From assembly GCA_019828565.1 (NCBI GenBank), contig JAHDYR010000016.1, forward strand, positions 1-64,000: 64,000 nt of DNA. Reading direction: 5' to 3'. The position numbers were made by a program, and so were the translations under genes. The DNA comes from Carpediemonas membranifera BICM (lineage: Eukaryota; Protista; Fornicata). Below, piece by piece: positions 53,223 to 63,148 of this stretch. The first letter of the stretch is position 1; every line of letters begins with the position of its first letter. The notes under the pieces are model-generated. The model was not told the origin of the DNA, did no database searches, and worked only from the letters and a program-made list of their open reading frames with translations.

Positions 53223-56200
53223 ATGTCCTCCCTGAGCGATTCGAGCACTGAGCTCACGCAAAGCGAGTCGGTAACAAGCGATGATGGGTTCAGTGATGAG
53301 GATTTCAAGCCAGAATCGCCAAAGAGGCTCGAGCCCGTCCGCAATGCTTCGCCGATGTATTCCTTCCTTGCTGACGACGATGGCAACGCCTCGAGCGACA
53401 ACGATGTAGATATCGGCCGTGCTGTGAACTTCAGTGGTTTTGAAACCGTTACCGACGTGGTAACACCGCCAAACGTCTCCCGCCTGCTATCGATAGACTC
53501 GATGCGCCAGGACAGGACGACCGGGTCGGCATTATCCCGCCTGGAGATGCTCATGCACACCCCCGGGGCAAGGAAAGGGACGCCAGTTGCCCTGAGGAAA
53601 AGACCGCCCGCCATTGGGAGCGTGTCGACTCCAATGTCACCTCTGTACGCTGGCCGAGGTCTCCCGTCTATACTTGGGGCACATCAGCCGGCTATGGCCC
53701 GAACCAAGTCCACAGGTAACTTCCAAGCAACCACCCGCCGCACCCGTCGCAGGAAAGCGAACGACTCCGACTTCATTGCTTCAGACGACAGCCTGGACAG
53801 CTTCGTAGTGTCGGGTGATGAGACTGTAGACGTCGAGGAGGTCGCCTCTGTGACAGAGGAGGACGTACTGCCCACCCCGCCCCCGTCCCCACCGCCACGC
53901 CGAGCACGACAGCGCCGTATGGTGCTCAACGACTCCGAGACAGAGTCGGATAGAGTCTTCACTCGTACGCAATCGATGGTCCAGAGCACGGTGTTCTTGG
54001 AGTCGGACAACGAGGTGCAGCAGGTCTCCGGGATTGAGGAGACAGACGCATCGGTGTACTCGCTGACAGAGGAGGAGAGTGAAGAGGAGCGCCCAGTGAT
54101 ACGGACGACACTCAAGGAGATCCGTGAGTTCGTCAAATCTGGAGCAATTGGGGAGGATATTGCGAAGCTGATCGTTGCCAGTGCGAAGATGACACTCAAA
54201 CTGCAAGCCAGCGCCAAGGATGTCGACACAAGTGAGATCGCAGAGCAGATCCGGGATATCATGCCGCGACCGCTCTATGGCTATCAGATTGCGGGTGTCC
54301 TATGGCTTCGACTCCTGCGTGCCCACGGGTTGGGCTGCATCCTCGCCGATGACATGGGGCTCGGCAAGTGTCTCGGCAAGGACACACCCGTGCTCATGGC
54401 CGACGGCGAGTTCAAGCCCGTGCAGGATGTTGTCGTCGGGGACATACTGATGGGCGACGACGGCACCCCCAGGACCGTGGGCAGTGTCACCACCGGCCGA
54501 CAGGAGATGGCGCGGGTCAGCCTCCAGGGTGGGGCAAAGTTCACGTGCAACATGGCCCATATCCTCACGGTAGCCCTGCCCGAGCCCCAACGCCTGGTCG
54601 AGGGCAAGGGCTGGGCTGCCGCGGCGTACAGACTCAGCCTGGGTCTGGACGGCGGGGCCACTGCCATCCAGCTCGAGTCCCGGCAGTTCGACACCAGGGC
54701 TGTCGCCGAGGGCTGGCTGGCGTCACTGGCCGGCAACCCCCTCTATGTCCCGGCGGACGGCATCTTCGACATCTCCGTCGAATCCTACTTCGCCCTCCCC
54801 GACGCCATCCGTGCCGAGCTCAAGGCCGTCATCGCCCCCGAGCTCTCCTTCCACGGCCGGGCCGACCCCGCCGTCCCCGTCCACCCATACGTCGTCGGGG
54901 CCTGGCTCGGGGCCGCCTGGGACGACGCCATGCCCGAGGACACCCCCGCCGCGGTCCTCGAGGCGATCGAGGAGCTCCTCCCCAACCGCGACCCCGTCGA
55001 GGCCATGCGTCCGTACGGCAAGCGCGTTCCCCCAGCCATCAAGTACGGGCCCGCCGAGGCCCGGCGCCAGTGTCTGGCCGGCCTGGTCGACACCAACGGC
55101 TACCAGTCCGGCTCCAGGGGTCTGGTCGACGACGCCGCCTTCATGGCCCGCTCCTTGGGTCTGGTGGTGACCAAGTCGGGCGAGATCACGGGCGACCTGA
55201 CCCGCCTTCCTCTGCGGGTTGAGTCCAGTCGCCCCCAGCCTGACCACCACCGCCAAGCCTTCACGGTCGAGCGGCTGCCGGTGGACGACTACTACGGCTT
55301 CACCATCGACGGCAACAGACGTTTCATCATCAACCACGAGATGGTCGTCACCCACAACACCATCCAGGTCCTTGCCCATCTCGCCCTGCTCGCTAGAGAC
55401 GGCGACGTCGGCGTTGACAAGCCTGTCCTCGTCGTAGCGCCCAACAGCACGCTCCGTAACTGGTGTCGCGAAGTTGAGGCCTGGACGAGCTTCAACTGGA
55501 TGCTGCTCCACGGCAAGCCCGACGACAAGACCATCCTGCTGCGGTGGTGGGGCGTCGAAGCCGGGAGGAGCGAGAGCGGTAGGAACAAGACGAAGTACCG
55601 CAATCTGGCGGCCGGTACGGGTCAGGTCATGGATACGACTCGACCGCCGACTGTAGTTGTCACATCGTACGAGCAGCTTACCCGCTCCAAGGGCGTCCGG
55701 CGGGACCTCCAGGACGTACCATGGTCATATCTGGTCGCTGACGAGGCGCAGGCCATCAAGTCGAGCTCGAGTCAGCGATACGCGGCACTGTCCTCGATCC
55801 AGGCCGACCATCGCGTGCTTCTTACTGGGACGCCGATGCAGAACAACTTCGCCGAGTTGCTCTCGCTTCTTGTGTTCATTAACCCCTCGTCACACAAGCC
55901 GCGGCAGGCCCCCAGCCGATCAGACCCTGATGTGGCGAGACTGCTCAGAGTGGTGCTCGCCCCGGTCATGCTCAGACGCCGGAAAACTGAGGTTGTCCGG
56001 CAACTGCCGGAAAAGACTGAGCGGCGAGTGACTGTAGCAATGGGGCGACATCAGAGGCGAGTTTACCAGGAGACGCTCGAGGCGTGCCGGACCAAGCTCA
56101 CTGAGGCTGGCTACAACGGGGCAGGGCCTCTGTCAGTGAAGGCCCGCAGCGTCGTCAGCAACGGCATTATGCTGCTGCGGAAGGCGGCGTGCCACCCAAA

Positions 56201-56999
56201 CCTGGTCGACCCAACCCCCACCGATGAGGACCGACGGACATTGGCCAAGGCCATCATGCTGCACAAGCACGTCCGGGAGCTGGCGGCCAAGGTGCTCAGC
56301 ATGCCGGTGCTGTTGAAGACGCATGTGGCGTCGAATGACGCCATTGAGGAGCTCGCTGAAATCCTGGACCCCCGCGCCTACAAGTCAGGCAACGGGATGT
56401 CAGTGAGGCCGCTTGATTGGACACTAGAGGGCTTATACGCCGCCGCGGGCATCGACATGCACTGGAACCGGCCGGCTGGGGCTAAGGTCGAGCGTGCAGT
56501 GGAGCTGTGCCAGACACACCTCGCGGCAGGAGAGAAGGTTCTGATTTTTAGCCAGTTCCGGATGGTCTTGGACCTCCTCGAGATCAGACTGACTGCTGCG
56601 CACATCCGGTTCATGCGAATTGACGGGCAGACAGACACCGAGGATCGCCAGCCCCTGCTCGACCAGTTCACAGCCGGCCCGCCCGCCGTGATGCTGCTGT
56701 CGACCCGAGCAGGCGGTGTGGGCATCAATGTGACAGCGGCGAACATCGCCATCTTCCACGACCACGACTACAACCCCACCAGTGACCAGCAGGCAGAGGC
56801 GAGGGTGCACCGGATCGGGCAGACAAAGCCGGTGACGGTGTACAAGCTGGTGGCGGGGGACACGATCGATGAGGCCATTCTGAGGATAGCGGCGGGTAAG
56901 GACAGGGTGAACGAGGCGTTGCTCGGGGACGGGGAGGCAGTCGATGACGATGATAACATTCAGCTGGCAGCGTGCTTCTTCAGCAACAAGAGCGGATAA
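53223..56999 (+). CDS. SNF2-family chromatin-remodelling ATPase (SMARCAD1/Fun30-like) containing an intein
   Basis: L..YQ..GV.WL, ILADDMGLGK[intein]TIQ, VVAP.S...NW..E, DEAQ.IK, LLTGTP.QN, LRR.K, KVLIFSQF, RIDG, LLSTRAGGVGIN, NP..D.QA.ARVHRIGQ. Confidence 0.95.
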   Translation: MSSLSDSSTELTQSESVTSDDGFSDEDFKPESPKRLEPVRNASPMYSFLADDDGNASSDNDVDIGRAVNFSGFETVTDVVTPPNVSRLLSIDSMRQDRTTGSALSRLEMLMHTPGARKGTPVALRKRPPAIGSVSTPMSPLYAGRGLPSILGAHQPAMARTKSTGNFQATTRRTRRRKANDSDFIASDDSLDSFVVSGDETVDVEEVASVTEEDVLPTPPPSPPPRRARQRRMVLNDSETESDRVFTRTQSMVQSTVFLESDNEVQQVSGIEETDASVYSLTEEESEEERPVIRTTLKEIREFVKSGAIGEDIAKLIVASAKMTLKLQASAKDVDTSEIAEQIRDIMPRPLYGYQIAGVLWLRLLRAHGLGCILADDMGLGKCLGKDTPVLMADGEFKPVQDVVVGDILMGDDGTPRTVGSVTTGRQEMARVSLQGGAKFTCNMAHILTVALPEPQRLVEGKGWAAAAYRLSLGLDGGATAIQLESRQFDTRAVAEGWLASLAGNPLYVPADGIFDISVESYFALPDAIRAELKAVIAPELSFHGRADPAVPVHPYVVGAWLGAAWDDAMPEDTPAAVLEAIEELLPNRDPVEAMRPYGKRVPPAIKYGPAEARRQCLAGLVDTNGYQSGSRGLVDDAAFMARSLGLVVTKSGEITGDLTRLPLRVESSRPQPDHHRQAFTVERLPVDDYYGFTIDGNRRFIINHEMVVTHNTIQVLAHLALLARDGDVGVDKPVLVVAPNSTLRNWCREVEAWTSFNWMLLHGKPDDKTILLRWWGVEAGRSESGRNKTKYRNLAAGTGQVMDTTRPPTVVVTSYEQLTRSKGVRRDLQDVPWSYLVADEAQAIKSSSSQRYAALSSIQADHRVLLTGTPMQNNFAELLSLLVFINPSSHKPRQAPSRSDPDVARLLRVVLAPVMLRRRKTEVVRQLPEKTERRVTVAMGRHQRRVYQETLEACRTKLTEAGYNGAGPLSVKARSVVSNGIMLLRKAACHPNLVDPTPTDEDRRTLAKAIMLHKHVRELAAKVLSMPVLLKTHVASNDAIEELAEILDPRAYKSGNGMSVRPLDWTLEGLYAAAGIDMHWNRPAGAKVERAVELCQTHLAAGEKVLIFSQFRMVLDLLEIRLTAAHIRFMRIDGQTDTEDRQPLLDQFTAGPPAVMLLSTRAGGVGINVTAANIAIFHDHDYNPTSDQQAEARVHRIGQTKPVTVYKLVAGDTIDEAILRIAAGKDRVNEALLGDGEAVDDDDNIQLAACFFSNKSG
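54369..55358 (+). mobile_element. Intein (330 aa, VMA1-type Hint) with degenerate LAGLIDADG endonuclease
   Basis: Block A CLGKDTPVLMADG; block B FTCNMAHIL; block F/G DDYYGFTIDGNRRFII..MVVTHN/T; decayed LAGLIDADG motifs PYVVGAWLGAA and CLAGLVDTNG. Removing it restores Walker A GLGKT. Confidence 0.96.
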
Positions 57000-57082
57000 A
57001 CATCTTACACCATTACTACACTGCTTCAGCAGTGGCATGGTCTCGGGCCGAGTGTGGTCGAGTCATGATGACCGAAGCGTGA

Positions 57083-58716
57083 ATGATGGATGAGGATGGG
57101 ACAGCCAATGCTGCGCTGATTGCTGCTTATCGTCTTTCAGTTGGTTCTACGAGTGGAATTCCTGGAGACATTCCTTCTTTAATTGCTTGTGCGTTCAGAG
57201 AACATGTTGGCGAAGAAATACCGCGGACGGCGACTAACTTGACGCTATTCAGACGCATTTTCGGTAACAAAACAATGAAACCCGGTAACACAAGTGCAAA
57301 TCAGCCCGAATCCCTGCTTGCCACGCTCTCCAAGCTCCCCCCTCTCCAACCATCCGCGCAAGCCCTCCTCGACCGCGCCTGCTCGATCCTCACCAGCGGC
57401 CCCCCGATGTCCATGAACGCCGAGCTCGCGGATGGAGAGGAGCTCCCGGCCGCGCTGCACACGCTGAACCAGGGCGCGGTGTGGGCGTGTCTGGTGGGTG
57501 GCGGGGCCAACCCCGACCTCGAGGACAGGGTGCTGAAGAACGCTCGAGAGGAGGAGCCAGACTGGAACGAGATGCAAAACAAGATCCGCAAGGCTCTCAC
57601 CCCCGAGGCCAAGTGCCTCTGGTTCCTCTGCCGCAAGTTCTTCTTCACCTGGAACGTCGCCGATAAGGATGGCGAGAGCTATCAGCTCACTTTGTACGAT
57701 AGATGCTACCACCACCGCATGTACATGGGCCGACTCTTCATGCTCGACACTTACTATCATAGCACTCTCAGTAGAGCCAGAATGCCCAGGGCCCTCGAGG
57801 TCTACATCAGCAAGTTCACCCACATCGCCAGGACACCCAAGGGCCTGTGGGGCTGGGGGGCTAGCACATATAGTCAGCTGGGATTCGTGTCATCTGGGTT
57901 CGTCGACCCGACCCGCCTCACCTTCTCCGCCTGCCCCAAGGTCGCCGAGCTCGAGGCCAGCCTGCCCCCCTGGGAGAAGCACAGGATGGTGACTGGGCTC
58001 TCGCTGCTCCACGACCGCGCGTTCATCCTCACGACTGCGGCGGCTGTAGTTCCGGAAGTCGCGCGGGTCTATTTGTCGGAAATATCCAAAACAGATACAG
58101 CTTCAACCCCGTCGCCGCGCCCACAGGCTTTATCCCAGATCACATCATGCACACGCGGGCAACAGTCATTCTCTTCATGGGCGATCGGCAACTTATTGCC
58201 GGCGATAATGGTCACGGTCAGCTGGGGCTCGGGCACCAGGATCCAGTGACCGGCTTCGTCGACCTGCCTGCCCCATGCCAGCATATCGACCAGATCGTCG
58301 TCAGCGACTACCAGCGTGTGATATATGCCAGCGGCGGGAGTCTTTTGATGTCAGGCTACGTCTCCAAGGAGATAGACCAGTCGGGTGTTGCCCCAGATCA
58401 CACCAAGGGCGACTTCTGCCTCACACCCACCCAGCTCCGGTTCCCCGCCCCAATATCAGCTCTACTCAATTCATACGCCGGTATGGGGTGGGTCAGCGTG
58501 GGCCAGACCTGCTTCAGTGATGGCAGCGGGGTGCATAGCGTGCCGTTCGAGGCTAAGGCGTTTGGGACCTCTGTGATGCATGGGGCGAGGGCAATAGGCT
58601 TCCAGGACCAGGCCGGCCAGTGGTTCATGGTGGACCAGGGTAAGGCGGGGTCGAAGAAGAGGCGGGATTCCAGGGCCATGGATGAGAGTTGGCCCGTTAT
58701 TCCCGTCGCACTTTAA
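57083..58716 (+). pseudogene. RCC1-like repeat family gene with a -1 frameshift near 58049
   Basis: LWGWG...YSQLGF in ORF 57083-58249, continuing in the 58147 frame with FNPV..PTGFIPD and IAGDNGHGQLGLG..GFVDLP. Could be a sequencing error in an intact gene. Confidence 0.65.
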
Positions 58717-59292
58717 ATGCATGCATACAAGACAATGTCAGACTCGCCCGCCTCGCGCAGATTTATCCCAGAGGATCAAGTCATCAGAATCCCCTGTCGT
58801 CAGGGCGTTTCAGCGCTTCTTTCTTTGTGAGGGTAGGGTCGCGCACACACCCGCGTCAGGGGGAGACCTGGGGTCCACTGTGGCGCGGCTGCCCTCCACC
58901 ACCTCCCGATAAATCACCCCGAGCAATCTCTGAAGTCATCAAACTTAGTTTTCAGACCGGCTGCCGTGACATGGCGGGTGGGGGTGACGATACGACTGAC
59001 CCAGATCACCGCATGATAACTAGGCGAAGGCATTGGTGGCGACGTTGGACTAGACGACCGCGATACAACGGTCTGTCAGCTCAGCCGGTAAAGTGACTTT
59101 GGAGTGAATCAAAGTGCATCAATTGATCCCCTGCCTGGGTGCCGCGAGATCGGGTCTCTCCTTGGACGAAGTGAGCTGGCGGAGGACCATCCATCACCGC
59201 TAAGTGATCCCTGTGCCATGCACTTTGACCCTGGCTCTCGTGGCCCCATTTATGGTTTACGAGGGCCATGTATCGCTAACAGTCTCCCCAAG

Positions 59293-59979
59293 ATGATAAG
59301 CAGATCCCCATACCTTGTTCAACAATACTTTAGAATCCCTCCAGTGACGCGTACTATCGTCACACTGCAGCTATTCCTCTCGCTAGCTGCGAAGCTCGGC
59401 TTTCTCGACATAACAGATGTTTTCCTGTCGTGGCCGCTCATTAGGGCCGGTGAGGTGCATCGCCTCATCACATCAGCCCTCTATCTTGGCCCGCTCTCCA
59501 TTTCAGTGCTTTTCCACATCTACCTCTCCTTTTTGAGCACGTCCTCCCAACTCGAACAATACCGCTTCTACCATGCCCCTGCCAAGTACACGTTCGCCCT
59601 CGCCACCGGCGTCGCCATGTTCATGCTCGCCAACAACCTGCCAAGCATCCACTACTACTCGCTCGTAACGCCGCTGTCGATCTTTATCTTGTACCTCAAC
59701 AGCAAATATTCCATGGGTCGCGTCATCGTGCTGGTATTCATGATTCCCTCAGCAGCAGCGCCCTGGGTCATACTCGCCCTCAACGTGCTCCAGGGCTCGC
59801 CAGTGCTGCCCTTACTGACGGCGATCCTCTGCGCCCATGTCTTTTACTGGGTAGACCAGGTGCTGCCCGCCATCACGGCACAGCGGGTTGATCCACTCGA
59901 GACTGTCCGCGCGTCGATCGGGATCAACAAGATCGACTCGCTCTACCGTCGCTGGATCGCGAGAGACCGCATTGACTGA
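59293..59979 (+). CDS. Derlin (ERAD rhomboid-like pseudoprotease)
   Basis: IPPVTR, GEVHRLITS.LY, LE, PWV.L, H.FY....LP. Confidence 0.85.
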   Translation: MISRSPYLVQQYFRIPPVTRTIVTLQLFLSLAAKLGFLDITDVFLSWPLIRAGEVHRLITSALYLGPLSISVLFHIYLSFLSTSSQLEQYRFYHAPAKYTFALATGVAMFMLANNLPSIHYYSLVTPLSIFILYLNSKYSMGRVIVLVFMIPSAAAPWVILALNVLQGSPVLPLLTAILCAHVFYWVDQVLPAITAQRVDPLETVRASIGINKIDSLYRRWIARDRID

Positions 59980-60402
59980 TGAAAGTGCCAGATTGATGCA
60001 CCTGGACCGCACTTGTTGATCTTTTAAAATGTTTCACATCAGCCACGGGAGAGTGTTTATACGGCGTGCATGCACCTTCAGGAGATCAAACGGCGATCGG
60101 CAAATCTGACACATTAGGCAGAGGTTGACCCAGCGAATCGTGTCTGGGCCAGCAGATCGACGAGAAACACGGGTCACGGATGACAAATATTCACCCGATC
60201 CCGTGATGAATCTCAGATCTAGTGTGTGAAGTGGTTGGGTCTGACACCTGAGCCGTGCTAGCCCCTGTCACACGCGATACACACGAGTATCCGTTCTGCA
60301 TTGCTTGACTGGACCAGATTGGGCGACACTCCGCTTTGGGAGCAGGATTGCCCGTTCATCGTTGGCCCGCTGAAAGCACCGCGAAGAGCATAAACGACAG
60401 AA

Positions 60403-61896
60403 ATGGTACGCCCATCAAACCATAATGCTCAGATGGTTGGTGATTACAAGCTGGAACGGACGCTAGGCAAGGGCTCGTTTGCCAAGGTGAAGCAAGCAGT
60501 CCATACAAAGACTGGAGAGCGCGTCGCCATCAAAATAATCTCCACAAAGGATGCAAATCAGCATGCGTTACGTCGTATCAAGACAGAGATCTCCGTGCTT
60601 CGCATGATCGGGCATCCCAACGTGATCCAGCTCAAGGAGGTCTTCGCCTCCGAATCTCGGATCTTCCTCGTAATGGAGCTCGTCAGTGGGGGCGAGCTGC
60701 TCGACAGGCTAGCTCTAGACCGGGTATTCCCTGTAGATGTGGCTAGGAAGTACATGATCCAGCTACTCTCCGCCATCGACCACTGCCACAAGAAGGGCAT
60801 CTGTCACCGCGACATCAAGCCCGAGAACATCCTGCTGGACGAGCACGGCAACGCCAAGGTCTCGGACTTTGGTCTGTCAGCGCTGTACGAGCAAGGCTTC
60901 AGGGCCACTGTCCTCGCCACTGCATGCGGGTCGCCCCACTACGTCGCCCCCGAGGTGGTCTCCAGAGGAAAGTACGACGGCCGTGCCGCCGACATCTGGT
61001 CCATGGGCGTGCTGCTCTTCGTGATGCTGACGGGCACGGTCCCCTTCTCGGCCCAGAACATCAAGGCCCTCTTCACGAAGATCAAGGGCGGGTCATTCGT
61101 CATTCCAGACCACGTTCCGGCCGACGCCCGGTCCCTAATCGAGCGTCTCATCGTTGTCAACCCTGCCGATCGTGCCACCATGGAGGAGGTCGCTGCCCAC
61201 CCATTCTTGCAGGGAAAACTCGGGGTCCTGCAGCCGACCGCGCCCATTGTCCCGGAGATAGGTGAGGGCGATTGCTCCCGTGTGATTGTGACAGATCATG
61301 TCATGGACGCCGTCCTGAGTTTGCTCGGGTCCGAGGATAAGGGCGCCGGCCTCCCCTCGCTCAACGCGTTCGACGTCATGGCACTGAGCGGCGTCGTGGG
61401 CGGGGCTGAGTCATCGATGCTCGACGCCGGCAAGCTTGTCATGGTCGCCCCAGGTCCCGTGGGTGAGGCCATGCCCCTAGCTGTGGAGAAGATGACGGTC
61501 ATGTTCGGCAATGACATCCGTTTTGTGCAGCTTACCCACATAGGGAAGCTGAAATGCACGGTCGACCTGCCTAACCTCATCACGGTGAGGTTCAATGTGC
61601 AGTTTTACAACACGGTGCCCTCCTTCACCATCGCCGTGTTCGTCAAGCAGCAGGGCCCTCGCGTCGAGTTTTTGAGGACAGCGTTCGAGATCATCGCCGC
61701 TGTCAAGGGTGAGAATGCTCCCGTCGAGGAGACCAACACTGACAGCGACGACAGCCAGCCGACCCTGAACGTCCCCACTAGCGACACGCCGACGGAGGGC
61801 GCCATCGTGGAACTTGACCACAGTCAGATCGCGGTGCTCAGCGAGCAGTCGTTTGCCCTACCCGATAGCTCGATCGACATCGATGATATCGACTGA
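60403..61896 (+). CDS. SNF1-related Ser/Thr kinase with NAF motif (CIPK-like)
   Basis: LGKGSFAKVK, VAIK, HRDIKPENILL, VSDFGLSAL, TACGSPHYVAPEV, YDG..ADIWS; regulatory LNAFDVMALS. Confidence 0.9.
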   Translation: MVRPSNHNAQMVGDYKLERTLGKGSFAKVKQAVHTKTGERVAIKIISTKDANQHALRRIKTEISVLRMIGHPNVIQLKEVFASESRIFLVMELVSGGELLDRLALDRVFPVDVARKYMIQLLSAIDHCHKKGICHRDIKPENILLDEHGNAKVSDFGLSALYEQGFRATVLATACGSPHYVAPEVVSRGKYDGRAADIWSMGVLLFVMLTGTVPFSAQNIKALFTKIKGGSFVIPDHVPADARSLIERLIVVNPADRATMEEVAAHPFLQGKLGVLQPTAPIVPEIGEGDCSRVIVTDHVMDAVLSLLGSEDKGAGLPSLNAFDVMALSGVVGGAESSMLDAGKLVMVAPGPVGEAMPLAVEKMTVMFGNDIRFVQLTHIGKLKCTVDLPNLITVRFNVQFYNTVPSFTIAVFVKQQGPRVEFLRTAFEIIAAVKGENAPVEETNTDSDDSQPTLNVPTSDTPTEGAIVELDHSQIAVLSEQSFALPDSSIDIDDID

Positions 61897-62000
61897 GGCG
61901 CCTGCTTCCGTTTGCTTAGCGTTTATGTTGCTTGCAATAACATTTAAACTCCATCTCATTCACCTCGTCTGTTTATAAAGGCCGGCTCGGCCAAGCCCAG

Positions 62001-62030
62001 GAATGAATGAACGAACGAACGAATGAATGA
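62001..62030. repeat. (GAAY)n microsatellite
   Basis: gaatgaatgaacgaacgaacgaatgaatga between convergent genes. Confidence 0.8.
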
Positions 62031-62050
62031 GGACTGACAAGAACTCGCCC

Positions 62051-62971
62051 TCACAGCACATGTCTGCCGCTGGTCAGACACACCAGCGCCCTCAGTCGGG
62101 CGAACAACGGATCGACCACTCCCTGCATCGCCTCCACACCGGGCACCGGGTCCTCATGCACCGCCAGGGCCCTCAGCACGGCCGCCCTGCGCTCGACCAG
62201 CGGTTGTCTGTCGGTGATCTCCATCTCCACCTCGTAGTGCGGGTCGTCCCAATGTTCAGCGACAGTCTTGTCTCGCGTCTCCGGCACCCAATCCTTGACA
62301 AGCGAGAGGTCCCACACAACGTCGCCGTCACGGTACGAATACCGCTCCTTGTGCCGCTTCTCTACCACCTTGGCCTTCTGATCCGGACTGAAGCACTCCT
62401 CTTCAATGGACGCGCTGATCCTCAGGTCGTACTTAAAGTGCGGCATGGAGACTGTGAGAGAGTCAATGCGGACCTTCCGCATTGTCTCGAAGCTGGTGGA
62501 CTGCAACTGATTCTGGTCCGGTGGCCCCAGCTCTGTGATACGGCTGACACGAATATGGTCGGTCCCGTCGGGGTCCTCGTAGAAAGAGTCGACTATCTCA
62601 CGGGGTGGGACGAGCTCAATCTTATTGGTAAAGTCGGCGAGCTTGCCGGTCTCTAGCTGGTTGGATAGCAGGAGGAGGATGCCGTTGAGCGTCTTGAAGT
62701 CGGACAAGTCGATGGAGGTGTCGAAATAGCAACGCGTGTCGCTGATGATGGATTCGTCGGAGGTAGTCTCATTCAGGAAACGAGGAAGCGGAGTCGATGG
62801 CTCAATATCATGCAGCTCCTCCCACTCGCCCTTGATTAATCCGGTCATTTCAGTTTTCTTCCAGCGGAGGATACCTAGCTTCGCCTCAATCTCACAGTCG
62901 TCTATATTGGCATATTTGTATAGGAAATTGGCTATCTCTCGGTAGATAGGGTCGAATACAAGCCGGTTCAT
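62051..62971 (-). CDS. mRNA-capping RNA triphosphatase, Cet1/CYTH type
   Basis: EIEAKLG, DLRISAS.E, RHKERYSY, WDLS, YEVEME. Confidence 0.88.
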   Translation of the reverse strand: MNRLVFDPIYREIANFLYKYANIDDCEIEAKLGILRWKKTEMTGLIKGEWEELHDIEPSTPLPRFLNETTSDESIISDTRCYFDTSIDLSDFKTLNGILLLLSNQLETGKLADFTNKIELVPPREIVDSFYEDPDGTDHIRVSRITELGPPDQNQLQSTSFETMRKVRIDSLTVSMPHFKYDLRISASIEEECFSPDQKAKVVEKRHKERYSYRDGDVVWDLSLVKDWVPETRDKTVAEHWDDPHYEVEMEITDRQPLVERRAAVLRALAVHEDPVPGVEAMQGVVDPLFARLRALVCLTSGRHVL

Positions 62972-63148
62972 GAAGAAGCGTTGGACGTGCAGTTTATGTA
63001 ATTTGTGCCCAGGCCACTCAAAATGCCAGGAAATGCACTATTAAGATGATAAATCGGGTGCCCAGTGCTCGTTATGCATCAGTTCGTCTGGATTTGACCC
63101 TCGATCTTTTTTTCGCAGAAGTGAACGCCTTTCGTCAAACAAAGAGAT

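Noticed and set aside
58760-59100. GC-rich intergenic stretch with possible stem-loops
   Set aside because: No tRNA, snRNA, SRP or rRNA signature recognisable by eye; needs an Infernal/Rfam scan.
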